Source: Octopus bimaculoides
Lineage: Eukaryota
Assembly: GCF_001194135.2 (NCBI RefSeq)
Contig: NC_068991.1
Coordinates: forward strand, 75,880,576 to 75,919,706
DNA length: 39,131 nt
Direction: 5' to 3'
Below, piece after piece: positions 23,151 through 33,770 of the stretch (position 1 is its first letter; each line of letters starts with the position of its first letter). Made by a program: the position numbers and the translations under genes. The notes below the pieces were generated by a model, which made no database searches, was not told the DNA's origin, and saw nothing but the letters and a program-made list of their open reading frames with translations.

Positions 23151-23686
23151 CAATCATTCATTTATTGTTCTATTCATCCATTAAAATCTCCTGTATTTGG
23201 CTCGTTTATTGTGCATTTTCTGTCCATTTGCACTTCTTAATTTCCTTTTCTAACCCTTCTCTCCCTCTTTCTCTTTCTCTCTCTCTATCTCTCCCTCTTC
23301 CTTACTCTCTACCACTGCCTCTCCGCGCCTCTTTAAGCTCATACATTTTCTGTACTTATGGTTGTCTTCTATATTATTATTCATGCTCATCTTTTTCCCT
23401 TCGCAAAGGAACCAAAATTTGGTCGGTCAACATGAGTTACAGCCGCTGCGCAATCAACACTTGATAATATCAAACTCTTTCTTATTAAAATATTTCTTTT
23501 ATAGACTTTCCCGAAAAGCTTTTCAGAATAATTTTCCTTCAAATTTATGTTTTATTATAAGAAATTATAGCAAGATTATATCATCTATTACGTGCCCAAA
23601 TTTCTATCGTAAGGATAGGAGGCACAAAAATGTCTTATCACCACTTATCATGATATTCATCAAACTTCATATATAAATATACACAC

Positions 23687-23826
23687 NNNNNNNNNNNNNN
23701 NNNNNNNNNNNNNNNNNNNNNNNNNNNNNNNNNNNNNNNNNNNNNNNNNNNNNNNNNNNNNNNNNNNNNNNNNNNNNNNNNNNNNNNNNNNNNNNNNNNN
23801 NNNNNNNNNNNNNNNNNNNNNNNNNN
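23687..23826. other. Assembly gap, with (TA/CA/TG)n at 23827-24010
   Basis: Direct reading. Confidence 0.97.
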
Positions 23827-24143
23827 TATATATATATATATATATATATGCATATTTATGTATGTGCATAAGCATATATATATACATGTGCATATATATA
23901 TATATATATGTGTATATATAAAAACATGTACGCACACTCACACACACACGCATATATGTATATGCATACACACATACATACACATATAGATAAGTGTGTG
24001 TCTATATGTGTGTCTTCACACGATGGAACTACGTCTCAATAATGTGGTTGACGATTGCTCGTGACTGATCTTAAATCCAGCTGAAAAGTAGAAGCTACTA
24101 CCACACCTATCGCATAAATGTCTCTTTTCTCTGCTAATTGCAG

Positions 24144-24226
24144 TACAGAAGCAGGAATTTCGATATTGGTTATGTGACTTATGATTTACAATTAGAAAGA
24201 CAAGACTTATTGTATGATTGGGAGAC
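24144..24226 (+). CDS. Candidate coding exon E6 (83 nt, phase 0-2): YRSRNFDIGYVTYDLQLERQDLLYDWET
   Basis: Strong acceptor TCTCTTTTCTCTGCTAATTGCAG, donor GAC|GTATGT; only one frame open. Confidence 0.42.
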
Positions 24227-24764
24227 GTATGTTCCTTTCATTTGTTATGATTCATTTTTAGCTTGCCGTTAGTTTATATATCCGGAATGATTAACAAGAT
24301 AAGCTTCATATTGACCCTGGCTGCTAGGTGCTTTTTTAACTACTCCCGAAATGAAGATGATTTCATGAACGCAAAATTTCATTTCGTATACGATTTAGCA
24401 TAAGTTTATTACTCCTTTTTTTTTATCTAAAGTTCTGCCGCTACCCACTACGAATTTGTTTTACTTATCTGAATTACCCCCTGGCCATAAATGTCCTTGA
24501 TACTTTTCTATATTTGTCAAAGTATAATGTCTTACTTGAGTTAATGGAACAGTCTTTAATGTTCCGGGCCTACGCTTTTCGACATGATTGAAAAGCAAAA
24601 AATGGAGAGTGGACGAAAAAAAAAAAAAAGAAATGGTGAGAGAAGAAGTATGCTGGGATCTAGGGGTGATTGAGAAAAAGCGATCATGACGAAAAACGCT
24701 AAAAAAGTCAATAATTGTTCAAATAGATACGAAACTTAAATTACAACTCCTTCGTCTCGGTTAG

Positions 24765-24813
24765 ACAGTTCCGTGGTAGGAATTTAGATATCAGAATAAT
24801 TTTTAACAAGCTG
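24765..24813 (+). CDS. Candidate coding exon E7 (49 nt, phase 2-0): QFRGRNLDIRIIFNKL
   Basis: Acceptor CTCCTTCGTCTCGGTTAG, donor CTG|GTATGC. Only one frame is open, and it matches the E6 end phase. Confidence 0.38.
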
Positions 24814-25594
24814 GTATGCAAATGTAAAACAGGGGATAAACAAGAGTAGGTGTAAGAACTGTAGTCTATGGAATGCTGCTTATTAAAATATATGCATGAT
24901 GTAATAAATTGTATCTTTATTACATCATTCATTTTTTTTACATACGCAACTTTCCATATAAATCACTCCTTATCACTACTTTCGTTTATCTATGCTTTAT
25001 ACTATTTGCTTGTGTGTGCATGTATGTGCGTGTGTGTGTGGGGGGGGGGGGTGCGTGCGTGTGTGCGTGTGTCTATTGCAAGTCTCAGATGTCAAACAAA
25101 GACAAATCAATAAGCGGAACATGCAGATGATTTATATACTTGCAATAATATAAACGCTCGGATGATAGCCACTGTCAGTTTCAAAACATAACAAATTCAT
25201 CATTTCAGACATAGGAATCATGTCGCATGAAACGGAAGAAACCTTTACATATATTTCTCTGTCCTCTTTCTTTTCCTCTGACGGCAAATAAAGCCTAAAT
25301 CTAAAAATAGTAAATCTAGCTTTAAAATACTTTCAATATATTATTTCAATACCTTCAGAATTTTTTTTTTTTTTTGCTCACTCATAATCTGCAATTATGA
25401 TATATGACTGAATTTTATGGAGACATAATTGTCTTAAATTTTTTAAAATCTACCTCTGAGAAGCATGGATTTTATTACTTATAAACTATCCCTCCACCTT
25501 CAATGAAATCTATATTTAATCCATATTCCACATATATTTTATCGGAATAGTAATATATATATATTACGTTTATTGGTTTTCTTTTTATTCTAAG

Positions 25595-25659
25595 CCGGGT
25601 TGTCTGGTGGAGATGAAATATTTTCTTTATCTTTTTACAAAAAAGCAAAATAAAATATG
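25595..25659 (+). CDS. Candidate coding exon E8 (65 nt, phase 0-2): PGCLVEMKYFLYLFTKKQNKI
   Basis: Pyrimidine-rich acceptor TTTTCTTTTTATTCTAAG, donor ATG|GTATGA; the single open frame is compatible with E7. Low-complexity composition weakens the call. Confidence 0.2.
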
Positions 25660-25876
25660 GTATGATATTACGAATTCTGAAAGACATGCTGGGAATTAAT
25701 TAACGACCACTATTTTTCTGGATGTGACATAAACTAATCCGAAGGCAAAATCTTCTTAAATGTGTCTTGGTGCTTACTAATTACAAGGAAATTGGATTCG
25801 GAAAATTTGTATGTGTTTTCATTTTCATTATATACATATAGTACATGTATGTATAAATCTGTCAGTAATACTAATA

Positions 25877-25915
<39 letters not shown>

Positions 25916-26215
25916 NNNNNNNNNNNNNNNNNNNNNNNNNNNNNNNNNNNNNNNNNNNNNNNNNNNNNNNNNNNNNNNNNNNNNNNNNNNNNNNNNNNNN
26001 NNNNNNNNNNNNNNNNNNNNNNNNNNNNNNNNNNNNNNNNNNNNNNNNNNNNNNNNNNNNNNNNNNNNNNNNNNNNNNNNNNNNNNNNNNNNNNNNNNNN
26101 NNNNNNNNNNNNNNNNNNNNNNNNNNNNNNNNNNNNNNNNNNNNNNNNNNNNNNNNNNNNNNNNNNNNNNNNNNNNNNNNNNNNNNNNNNNNNNNNNNNN
26201 NNNNNNNNNNNNNNN
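25916..26215. other. Assembly gap flanked by (TA)n; (TA)(TG)n continues to ~26350
   Basis: Direct reading. Confidence 0.97.
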
Positions 26216-26286
<71 letters not shown>

Positions 26287-26678
26287 ATGTATGTATATGT
26301 ATGTATAAATATATATATATATTTATGTATGTATGTGTGTGTGTATATATTACATGCAGGTTATTCAATCCGTTTTATAGTTGTGTTCTATCTATATATT
26401 AGCGTCGTATAATATCAGTTATATAACCTCGTTCATGTCGCATCTCGTGTCTATAACAGTTCCATAGGTTTTTATCTATATCTATATATATATTTATTTA
26501 TATATTTATTCATTTATTTACTTATTAGTAAGATGTCATTGCAATAGAATAACTGTCAAATATGTCCGATATTTATATGAGACCCGCGTGATCTATCAAC
26601 TGAAATCAACTTAGATTTTGTATTATTGCTTTAGTGTATTCTGAATTTGCGAAGCATTAACATTGAAGGGGACTGATA

Positions 26679-26734
26679 TCATCCTCCTCCACCTCCTCAT
26701 CATCATCACCATCATGATCATGATCATGATCATG

Positions 26735-26801
<67 letters not shown>

Positions 26802-26845
26802 CTACCACTACCGTCATCACCATCACAATCATCATCACCGTTATT
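26679..26845. repeat. (CAT)n microsatellite with a (CATGAT)n sub-block
   Basis: Direct reading; source of the poly-M, poly-D and poly-I ORFs. Confidence 0.96.
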
Positions 26846-27167
26846 ACTAATCGTCTTCAGCCAACCCTTGATCTTACTCCTGTCCTGCATCATCATCTTT
26901 ATCGCAATCATCATCGACAACTGCACAATCACCGTCGCCATTATCACCAATTTATTAAAGCGATAGTTTCCATGAGACTTCGATACATTACATATTTGAT
27001 TGCGACAGATAAAAGTCTCTTCTGACATTAAACATTCTCATTCCTTCCATATTCTACCAACATCGTAGTTCCTCGATGTCTTCTGTCTTATGTACAAGAG
27101 GGGTTGAATGAAAGATATACACAAAAGCTAGTTTTTCTTTCCTTTATGTATCTATAGACATTTCTTT

Positions 27168-27285
<118 letters not shown>

Positions 27286-27291
27286 TATATA

Positions 27292-27528
27292 AGAATTTCT
27301 AACTTCCGGTCAGTCATTGTTATGATCGGCCATTATTATGATTGACCGTTGACTGAACACTATTCAATTTTTTTTCTCCGTGTTTTTCTCCTTGTCTCCG
27401 TATTCTTTCTGTTGAAGAGCGTAGCTCGAAACGTCAAAGACTTTCCGTATTCCCGAGCGTCATACTAATATATACTTTTGTTATTTACACCACTTGTCCT
27501 CGTCTGTTGTTATTATTTGTATATTCTC

Positions 27529-27532
<4 letters not shown>
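27292..27532 (+). mobile_element. Penelope-like pLTR/retrozyme-like repeat inserted between (CA)n and (TA)n tracts
   Basis: Carries the hammerhead-like motif below, in a T-rich context similar to 37113-37310. Confidence 0.55.
27404..27440 (+). ncRNA. Minimal type I hammerhead ribozyme-like motif (core variant CUGUUGA)
   Basis: Stem I TCTTT(27404-08)/AAAGA(27436-40); core CTGTTGA-A; stem II GAGC-gta-GCTC; GAAAC-GTC gives a predicted cleavage after C27435. A6 is replaced by U. Confidence 0.6.
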
Positions 27533-27565
<33 letters not shown>

Positions 27566-27569
27566 TAAA

Positions 27570-27695
27570 GACATGCTTCTTTCAGTTTCCGTCTTCTAAA
27601 TCCACGCGGAAGGATCTGGTTGGCCCGAGGGTATACTAAGTGTCATAGAGTTGGACTGAACCTAAAAAAACGTGGTTGAGAAGCAAGCTTCTTAC
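27570..27695 (-). mobile_element. SINE family C (tRNA-like head), partial
   Basis: GCTTCTTTCAGTTTCCGTC...GGACTGAACC...GTGGTTGAGAAGCAAGCTTCTTACC is the reverse complement of a tRNA-derived SINE 5' part. Confidence 0.65.
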
Positions 27696-28188
27696 CTTCC
27701 TTGTCAGAAAATAAGATGGTGCATTATTATTGCTATGAGTTGTTTTGACTCTTATTTCTAGCAATACTGGTGCCGAATAGCGTCGTCAGTTGTATTAGTG
27801 ACGTATATATTGTTGCCTTTCGGTTCAAAAATTGCTAACAAAACACCCTTATTAATTATACTTTACACCGTTACCATTTATGAAATCAGTGTATGATATC
27901 TACGGTGATCTTACAAGCTGACAATGCGAGTTGAATGTAATCCAATGCGTCGGTGAGAACCACTGATGAGCGTTAATGTAAACGCGGAATCACTGGTGAT
28001 CTGCCTATGCCTGGTGCTTAGAGAGTATCCTTCATTGTCAGTAAATAAGACGGTGCATTATTATGGTTATGAGTTGTTTTGTCTCTTATTTCTAGCAATA
28101 CTGGTGCTGAATAGGACCGTCAGTCAAATTAGTGACGTATATATGTTTGCCTTTCGGTTGAAAAATTGCTAACAAACCACGCTTATTA
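27695..28188. repeat. ~160-bp direct repeat pair (27695-27854 and 28029-28188), period 334
   Basis: CCTTCCTTGTCAGAAAATAAGATGGTGCATTATTA... versus CCTTCATTGTCAGTAAATAAGACGGTGCATTATTA...; roughly 85% identical by eye. Confidence 0.9.
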
Positions 28189-28221
28189 GTTAGTGCGTTT
28201 ATGTGAATATATATATATATA

Positions 28222-28395
28222 NNNNNNNNNNNNNNNNNNNNNNNNNNNNNNNNNNNNNNNNNNNNNNNNNNNNNNNNNNNNNNNNNNNNNNNNNNNNNNN
28301 NNNNNNNNNNNNNNNNNNNNNNNNNNNNNNNNNNNNNNNNNNNNNNNNNNNNNNNNNNNNNNNNNNNNNNNNNNNNNNNNNNNNNNNNNNNNNNN
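28222..28395. other. Assembly gap flanked by (TA)n
   Basis: Direct reading. Confidence 0.98.
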
Positions 28396-29669
28396 ATATA
28401 TATAACTCTGTGTGTATGTGTGTGAAAGCATTGTTGACGTCAGATGGATTCAGTAGCATGTGAGATCTTGAAATAATTCGTTTGTGGAACAATGAAACTT
28501 GAAGCAGGTAAAGTTAAAATAACAGTTTGTAAATATTGGGTTAAACACCTTTTGTTTCTTTGCCAGTTTCAAAAACACTATAATGACGATGCTATCTCTG
28601 TATTTTATCTTTGAAGAGTCGATAAATACAGAGCCAATCTACATCTTGCAGTTTTTTTTGTTTCTTCTTTTACATTCTGAGTTCCCGGGTGTCAAATTTG
28701 ATTGTTCGACCAGTTTAATTCCATCACCTGGGTGCCTTCAACAACCATCTGAGACGTGTGCCCACTGTGAGAATACCTTCATTCCCTCCATTAGTTTTCC
28801 CAAGGCCTAAAACTGCACATGTGTACAGATCTCGCGCAAGAGTAATTAATAAAACTTCTATATATCACGCTTTGTCTTTCTCCAACCACTCTCCTGTGTT
28901 ATATCTTTCTATATTTTCAAACCCCAAGGGAAAGTAATTCCTGCTTATGTCTTTTCTACAGACGTTGCTTTCTCAGTTTTCAAACTGAAATTTAGTTGTA
29001 CCTGTCTTACATGACACAAATCGCAAGAGTAAGTGATAGGCACACTCTTCTTTTTTGTATCCATTTATGCCTAGACGTTTGTCATTCTCTCTGAAATGTA
29101 GAAAATGACAACAAATTGTCCATTAAATAGATTGAACACACATAAAGAGGCGCCAGTCGTTTGAAATTAGCAATTCCTGCATGTTCTTTTGTTGTTTTAT
29201 TTTTTAGTCCTAGGACAATTCCGATGTGATTGAGACTTTCTATGTGTCCTTCACTTTTTAAACATTCAGGTTGTTATTTTACTGTTTTATGCTGTTATTG
29301 TTAGCAGATCTAATACATACATCTCCTTTGTCGGCTTACACTTATTAATTGTAATGTATAATATATTATGTACATAATATGTTATATAATAGATGCGAAT
29401 TATATAATATCTTCATTGTATTCGTGTAAAACTGTAATTTCCAAAGCTGTGTTGCTGCATAGTGGGAGCAACTGGAAGGCAAATGTGTGGTCGGTGGTAT
29501 TTGAAGGCAACGAGTAAAGAATAGGAAATAGTATTTTCCTGCAAACCTGTCAACGGCATCAAACATAGTGATAACATGACCTTTCTTAAGGAATGCTATA
29601 ACAATTACTTAATATTACCTGCATCTAAGTTTTGTAGAGGCATTTCCATGCTAGGGCCAAACGGAAAGA

Positions 29670-31200
29670 TGTCAGCAGTACAGTATTGGATGCTAAATAT
29701 ATAGGGTTACTCTGTCACTCAAAAGATATTATTATCGAAATGATTGATTTGCCAAAAGGTGCATATCATTGAATCTATGTAGCCGGCAAGGTTGGAAGAG
29801 CAATTGAAAAATAATTATGCTGACAACAAAAATCCAGATTTATCTTATTATAAAGCGTGCCAAGAACAATTTTGCAAAAAGATGACATTGTGAAGTAGGC
29901 TTTTTTTCCGCAACAGTGCAAGAAAAATCATAGGTTTCACAGCTCTTAAAACTCTCCATTACTGATTACCAAATCCAGAAAACCACAAACTATTATAGAA
30001 GAATCTATCCAACCGGCTTGTTAGTGAATATCTGCGTATAGGTCAGAATGTGTCAGCGACTGTCATAATCATTATAATACCCTGGAGCAATAACGCATTA
30101 TAACGATGAATTGGCGAACTGTGCAGTGGCATGGACGACACAAAAAAGTTTTAAATGACCACTCAGGTTTTGTTACAAGTGAATGAATCACAACTACGAA
30201 GGAATGAATATGTACTGTGAGCTAAATTTCGGTTATAAAATATCTCAAGATTTATTAACACGAACGATTGGTTAGAGACACTAAAAGAAAATCGATATTT
30301 TTTGCTGTAGAAGTGGTTAAGACGGATTTCTCGTAAATAGCGGCGTGTCAGCATCTTTTCATTGTTCGATTATACCAGATAGTGACTATAGTATTGGCTT
30401 TGCATTGTGTGGTTCATCGACAACGTTTAGTTTGTAGCGAAAAATTCTAATGATGACGGGCATTGCTAATTGTTATATCTAGGAAAATCCAAAGTATTTC
30501 TCTCCTTGGTAAATTATTTGGCGGATTATGTGAAAGAAATTATGAGTAAGACAATCACAGTTTGTCAAAGGGCATGGACAACACAAAAAAGTTTTAAATG
30601 ACCACTCAGGTTTTGTTACAAGTGAATGAATCACAACTACGAAGGAATGAATATGTATCGTGAGCTAAATTTCGGTTATAAAATATCTCAAGATTTATTA
30701 ACACGAACGATTGATTAGAGACACTAAAAGCTGCATAGCTCAAATATATATTGCAAGTTTGATAATTAATTAACTGAATTTGTTTGCCACGATAAATGTT
30801 ATATATTTCAAAGCTTATCTTCTTCCAGCAAAACTTGGGACACACAGACATTTTATACAACTTTTAAAGTATTTCTGCTGGGAACAGAAAGAAGCAAATA
30901 CATCATTATGATGTTTAAATGTACAAAGATTTGCAAGTTTCAAGATATTCTCGCTAGGAAGATTGCATGTTAGGGTGAGATCTATGTTCATTTGGTATCG
31001 AAACATCGAGAACAAATACGAATAAATTCATGGTCAAAAATGTTTTGTAGCACAAAATTAGAAACGCGATACAACCATTTCCTGAATGATAAACAGTTTT
31101 GCCTATGAGTTTCTGATCGCATTCGCTTCGTCATATATTCTTGGACATGGGTAATATCTTTTGACGAGACAAACATGTTGATTTAATGCTCAATAATAGA
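29670..31200 (+). mobile_element. Decayed, internally deleted hAT (Charlie/Buster-type) transposase
   Basis: In collinear order: QYSI..; ESM*PARLEEQLKNNYADNKNPDLSYY; LLITKSRKPQTIIEESIQPA (cf. KPHTIGEELILPA); LHCVVHRQRLV (CxxH motif); LSKG; FQDIL; FLIAFASSYI (cf. FLIAFPSSYL); LLTR. Confidence 0.78.
30128..30730. repeat. 160-bp near-identical direct repeat (30128-30287 and 30571-30730) inside the hAT remnant
   Basis: GGCATGGAC(G/A)ACACAAAAAAGTTTTAAATGACC...AGAGACACTAAAAG; about 4 mismatches, period 443. Confidence 0.95.
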
Positions 31201-31489
31201 GAAAAGGTTACAGAACGTAGCTTTATTACATTAGGATCAGTGGTCATTTAAAAAAAAATCAAGTAACTGATGTTTTAATAAAGAAAATATGAAGGTGAAA
31301 TTTTCATTCTATAAGATATGCATATATGACAAAGTAAACATCACTTGCAAGCTAGTATCCTTGCACCACACACTTGTTAACTGTTTTATAGATCTATACA
31401 GTCACAGGCAGACAGAGAACCTATCTTGGTTATTTTTTTACAGATTAGTCGACCACTGGAGAAAGAGAGAGCTGCACCAGTAATCGGCT

Positions 31490-31620
31490 GGTGTGCATTT
31501 TCAACTAGCTAAGCTGCAGTAGATTGAAATTATATGCCTTTTTTAAAGAAACAACGCACCGCCAAGTCTACAAGGTGAAGCCATGACATTACGATCCAGA
31601 GGCCAACAGGTAAATCACTC
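31490..31620 (-). mobile_element. Degenerate tRNA-derived SINE (family D)
   Basis: GCTGGTGTGCATTTTCAACT...GAAACAACGCACCGCC...CCATGACATTACGATC...AATCACT pattern. Confidence 0.45.
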
Positions 31621-31679
31621 GTCAGCATTCGTTCGAGTCACCAGATGAGATCAAGAAACTCTCAACGTTTAACACGCTG

Positions 31680-31868
31680 GCCCTCTGTATTTCAGAGGGC
31701 CAGCCAACTTGTCACACCTTGTGTCACGCTAAATCTCACCGAGATCTACGTTAAGGTTACACGTGCCTGTGGAGTGCTCAGCCACTTGTACGTTAATTTC
31801 ATCACGAGCAGGCTGTTCTCTTGATCGGATCTGCTAGAACCCTCGTTGTTGCAACCGACGGGGTGCCA

Positions 31869-31871
<3 letters not shown>
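31680..31871 (+). mobile_element. SINE family B 3' portion, followed by (TA)n to 31925
   Basis: TTGTCACAC..TGTGTCACGCT...CTACGTTAAGG.TACACGTG.CTGTGGAGTGCTCAGCCACTTG.ACGTTAATTTC..CACGAGCAGGCTGTT matches the reverse complement of 10861-11040. It starts with the hairpin GGCCCTCTG-tattt-CAGAGGGCC. Confidence 0.88.
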
Positions 31872-31929
<58 letters not shown>

Positions 31930-33318
31930 TAAAGGGCTAAATTACTTTATCAGTATTGTGAACACAATAAATTAAAAACCTATTCGTAGATGCTGATAAG
32001 AGCTTCGGAAACATCTGTGTGTTTGGAAGCAATATTTTTCAATAGTAGAAGCATTGTACCAAAGTCAATAGATTTACACATTCGGTAACCACAACCAGTT
32101 GCTAAGTGATTATTCATATATTTCATTAAATACACTTTTGTATATCACAAGACATATATGAATAATGAAATGGTTGACACGTACAGCTGCGGTATGTGTG
32201 CGTACGCGAGCGTTTTGGGGGTCTATGTGAGCATTTGTGCATGATATGTACACAGCTCTACGTTGGTTTCGAATATAAATTAAAATGTAATGCTACATAC
32301 ATAAATAATTTGAACTCAGAACGTAAATCCGGACAAAATACCTGTAAGTATTTCATTCGGTATACTATTCTGCCTGCTTGCTTCTTTTGAATAAGTATTA
32401 ATAATGAAAGATTTACTGATGGAGGCGGGGAATACCGAAAGATTAATCAAATTTATTGCAAAGTTCGTGTTATTGCATGCCCGCTGGCATACATATATGT
32501 GGACCTATATACAAGCGTCATACTGACTATGTAAATATCCTTCCCAAGAATTTATAAGAAAAGAAATCATGTGACGTTCTAAAAGTTATGAATTTGATTA
32601 GAACATTCATCTTAATTTAGTCTAACAAGAGACTAGAAATGGCAGATTCTCAACAAGAAATAACAACAGGTGTCTTTGGAGTGAAAACGAATCAAGTTGA
32701 GCTGGTGTGTATGAAGTGAAAGCCTAAAAGCAGGAACATAGGAGACGATGCTTATTATTTCAGAATTTTCGTGTTTCATGTAGAATTTATTCTTTCTTTT
32801 GCAAAATTTGAGAATTTGAGAATGACGAATTTTCTACCATTAATATATGTGCTGACATATATGCGTATTTTCCCACAATATATGTGGAGATTTTCCAATG
32901 TTAGAAATCCATAAAAAAGTGTTTGAACTCGATAAGGTGGAAGAATGGAAGATAGGCAGACTATTTGAAGTAGAGCTTCATTTTGGTCCTTATATAATCT
33001 GGGAGAATTGTTAAAGCGTTGGAAAAATTATTTGACTTTCTATATTCAAATTCCGATTTACTCAACTTTTCCATTGAACCTTTCAGAATCAATAACATAA
33101 AGTAGAATTCTCACTCCTTCATCACAAAATTGCTGGCCTTGAGCTTATATTAGTATCCATTATTAAACTGTTTTAATCAAAGAACCTCAATTTAATACAG
33201 ATTCAGTATACTGCTGATGAAAGACTTGTTTGTAATATGCTAATTTATTCTATGTTGTGAAATGACTGTAACTGCGGGGTCCCAATTTGAATACTTGCAA
33301 TAGTTAATCTCATTCTGC

Positions 33319-33480
33319 AGGGTGGCAAACTGTCAGAATCCTTTGCATGATGGGTAAAATACTTACTATCATTTCGTCAGTGTTTTACGTTCTGAGTTCA
33401 AATTCCGCTTGAGGTCAACTTTCATTATTTCGAGATCGGTCAAAAAGAAAAAGAACCAGTTGCACAGTGGAGTGAACGGT
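33319..33480 (+). mobile_element. SINE family A, diverged, 3'-truncated
   Basis: GGTGGCAAACTGTCAGAATC...ACGTTCTGAGTTCAAATTCCGC. Confidence 0.8.
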
Positions 33481-33588
33481 CACTAACATAGATATTTGCG
33501 AATATTTTGTGGTCTTTACGGAATGGAAATACACCGTAATTGCTGGACATGTGCTAAACTATGGAACTAATATCATTCGGAAAGACGG

Positions 33589-33770
33589 CAGGTGAGCTGG
33601 CAGAGCTTGTAGCATGCCGAACAAAATGCTTAGCAACATTTCGTCCGTCTTTATATTCTGAGTTCAGATTCTCCCATCTTTTCGGGTTCGATAAAATATA
33701 TACCAGTCATATACTCGGATCGATGTAATCGATTGTCCCACCCACTTGTACCTTTAATAGAAAGAAATAT
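33589..33770 (+). mobile_element. SINE family A with internal deletion
   Basis: GGTGAGCTGGCAGAG...AAATGCTTAGC...TTCTGAGTTCAGATTC...CGGGTTCGATAAAA...GATGTAATCGA. Confidence 0.82.

Noticed and set aside
28795-29028. Exon-like segments 28795-28841 and 28962-29028
   Set aside because: The second has stops in all three frames from its best acceptor, and the first has a stop in the phase required to follow E8.
30128-30730. 160-bp direct repeats as LTRs
   Set aside because: They lie inside hAT transposase-derived sequence and have no TG...CA ends, PBS or PPT.
32416-32444. Hammerhead-like CTGATGG...CCGAAAGATT
   Set aside because: The core is not CUGANGA, stem II is only 2 bp, and there is no stem I or III.
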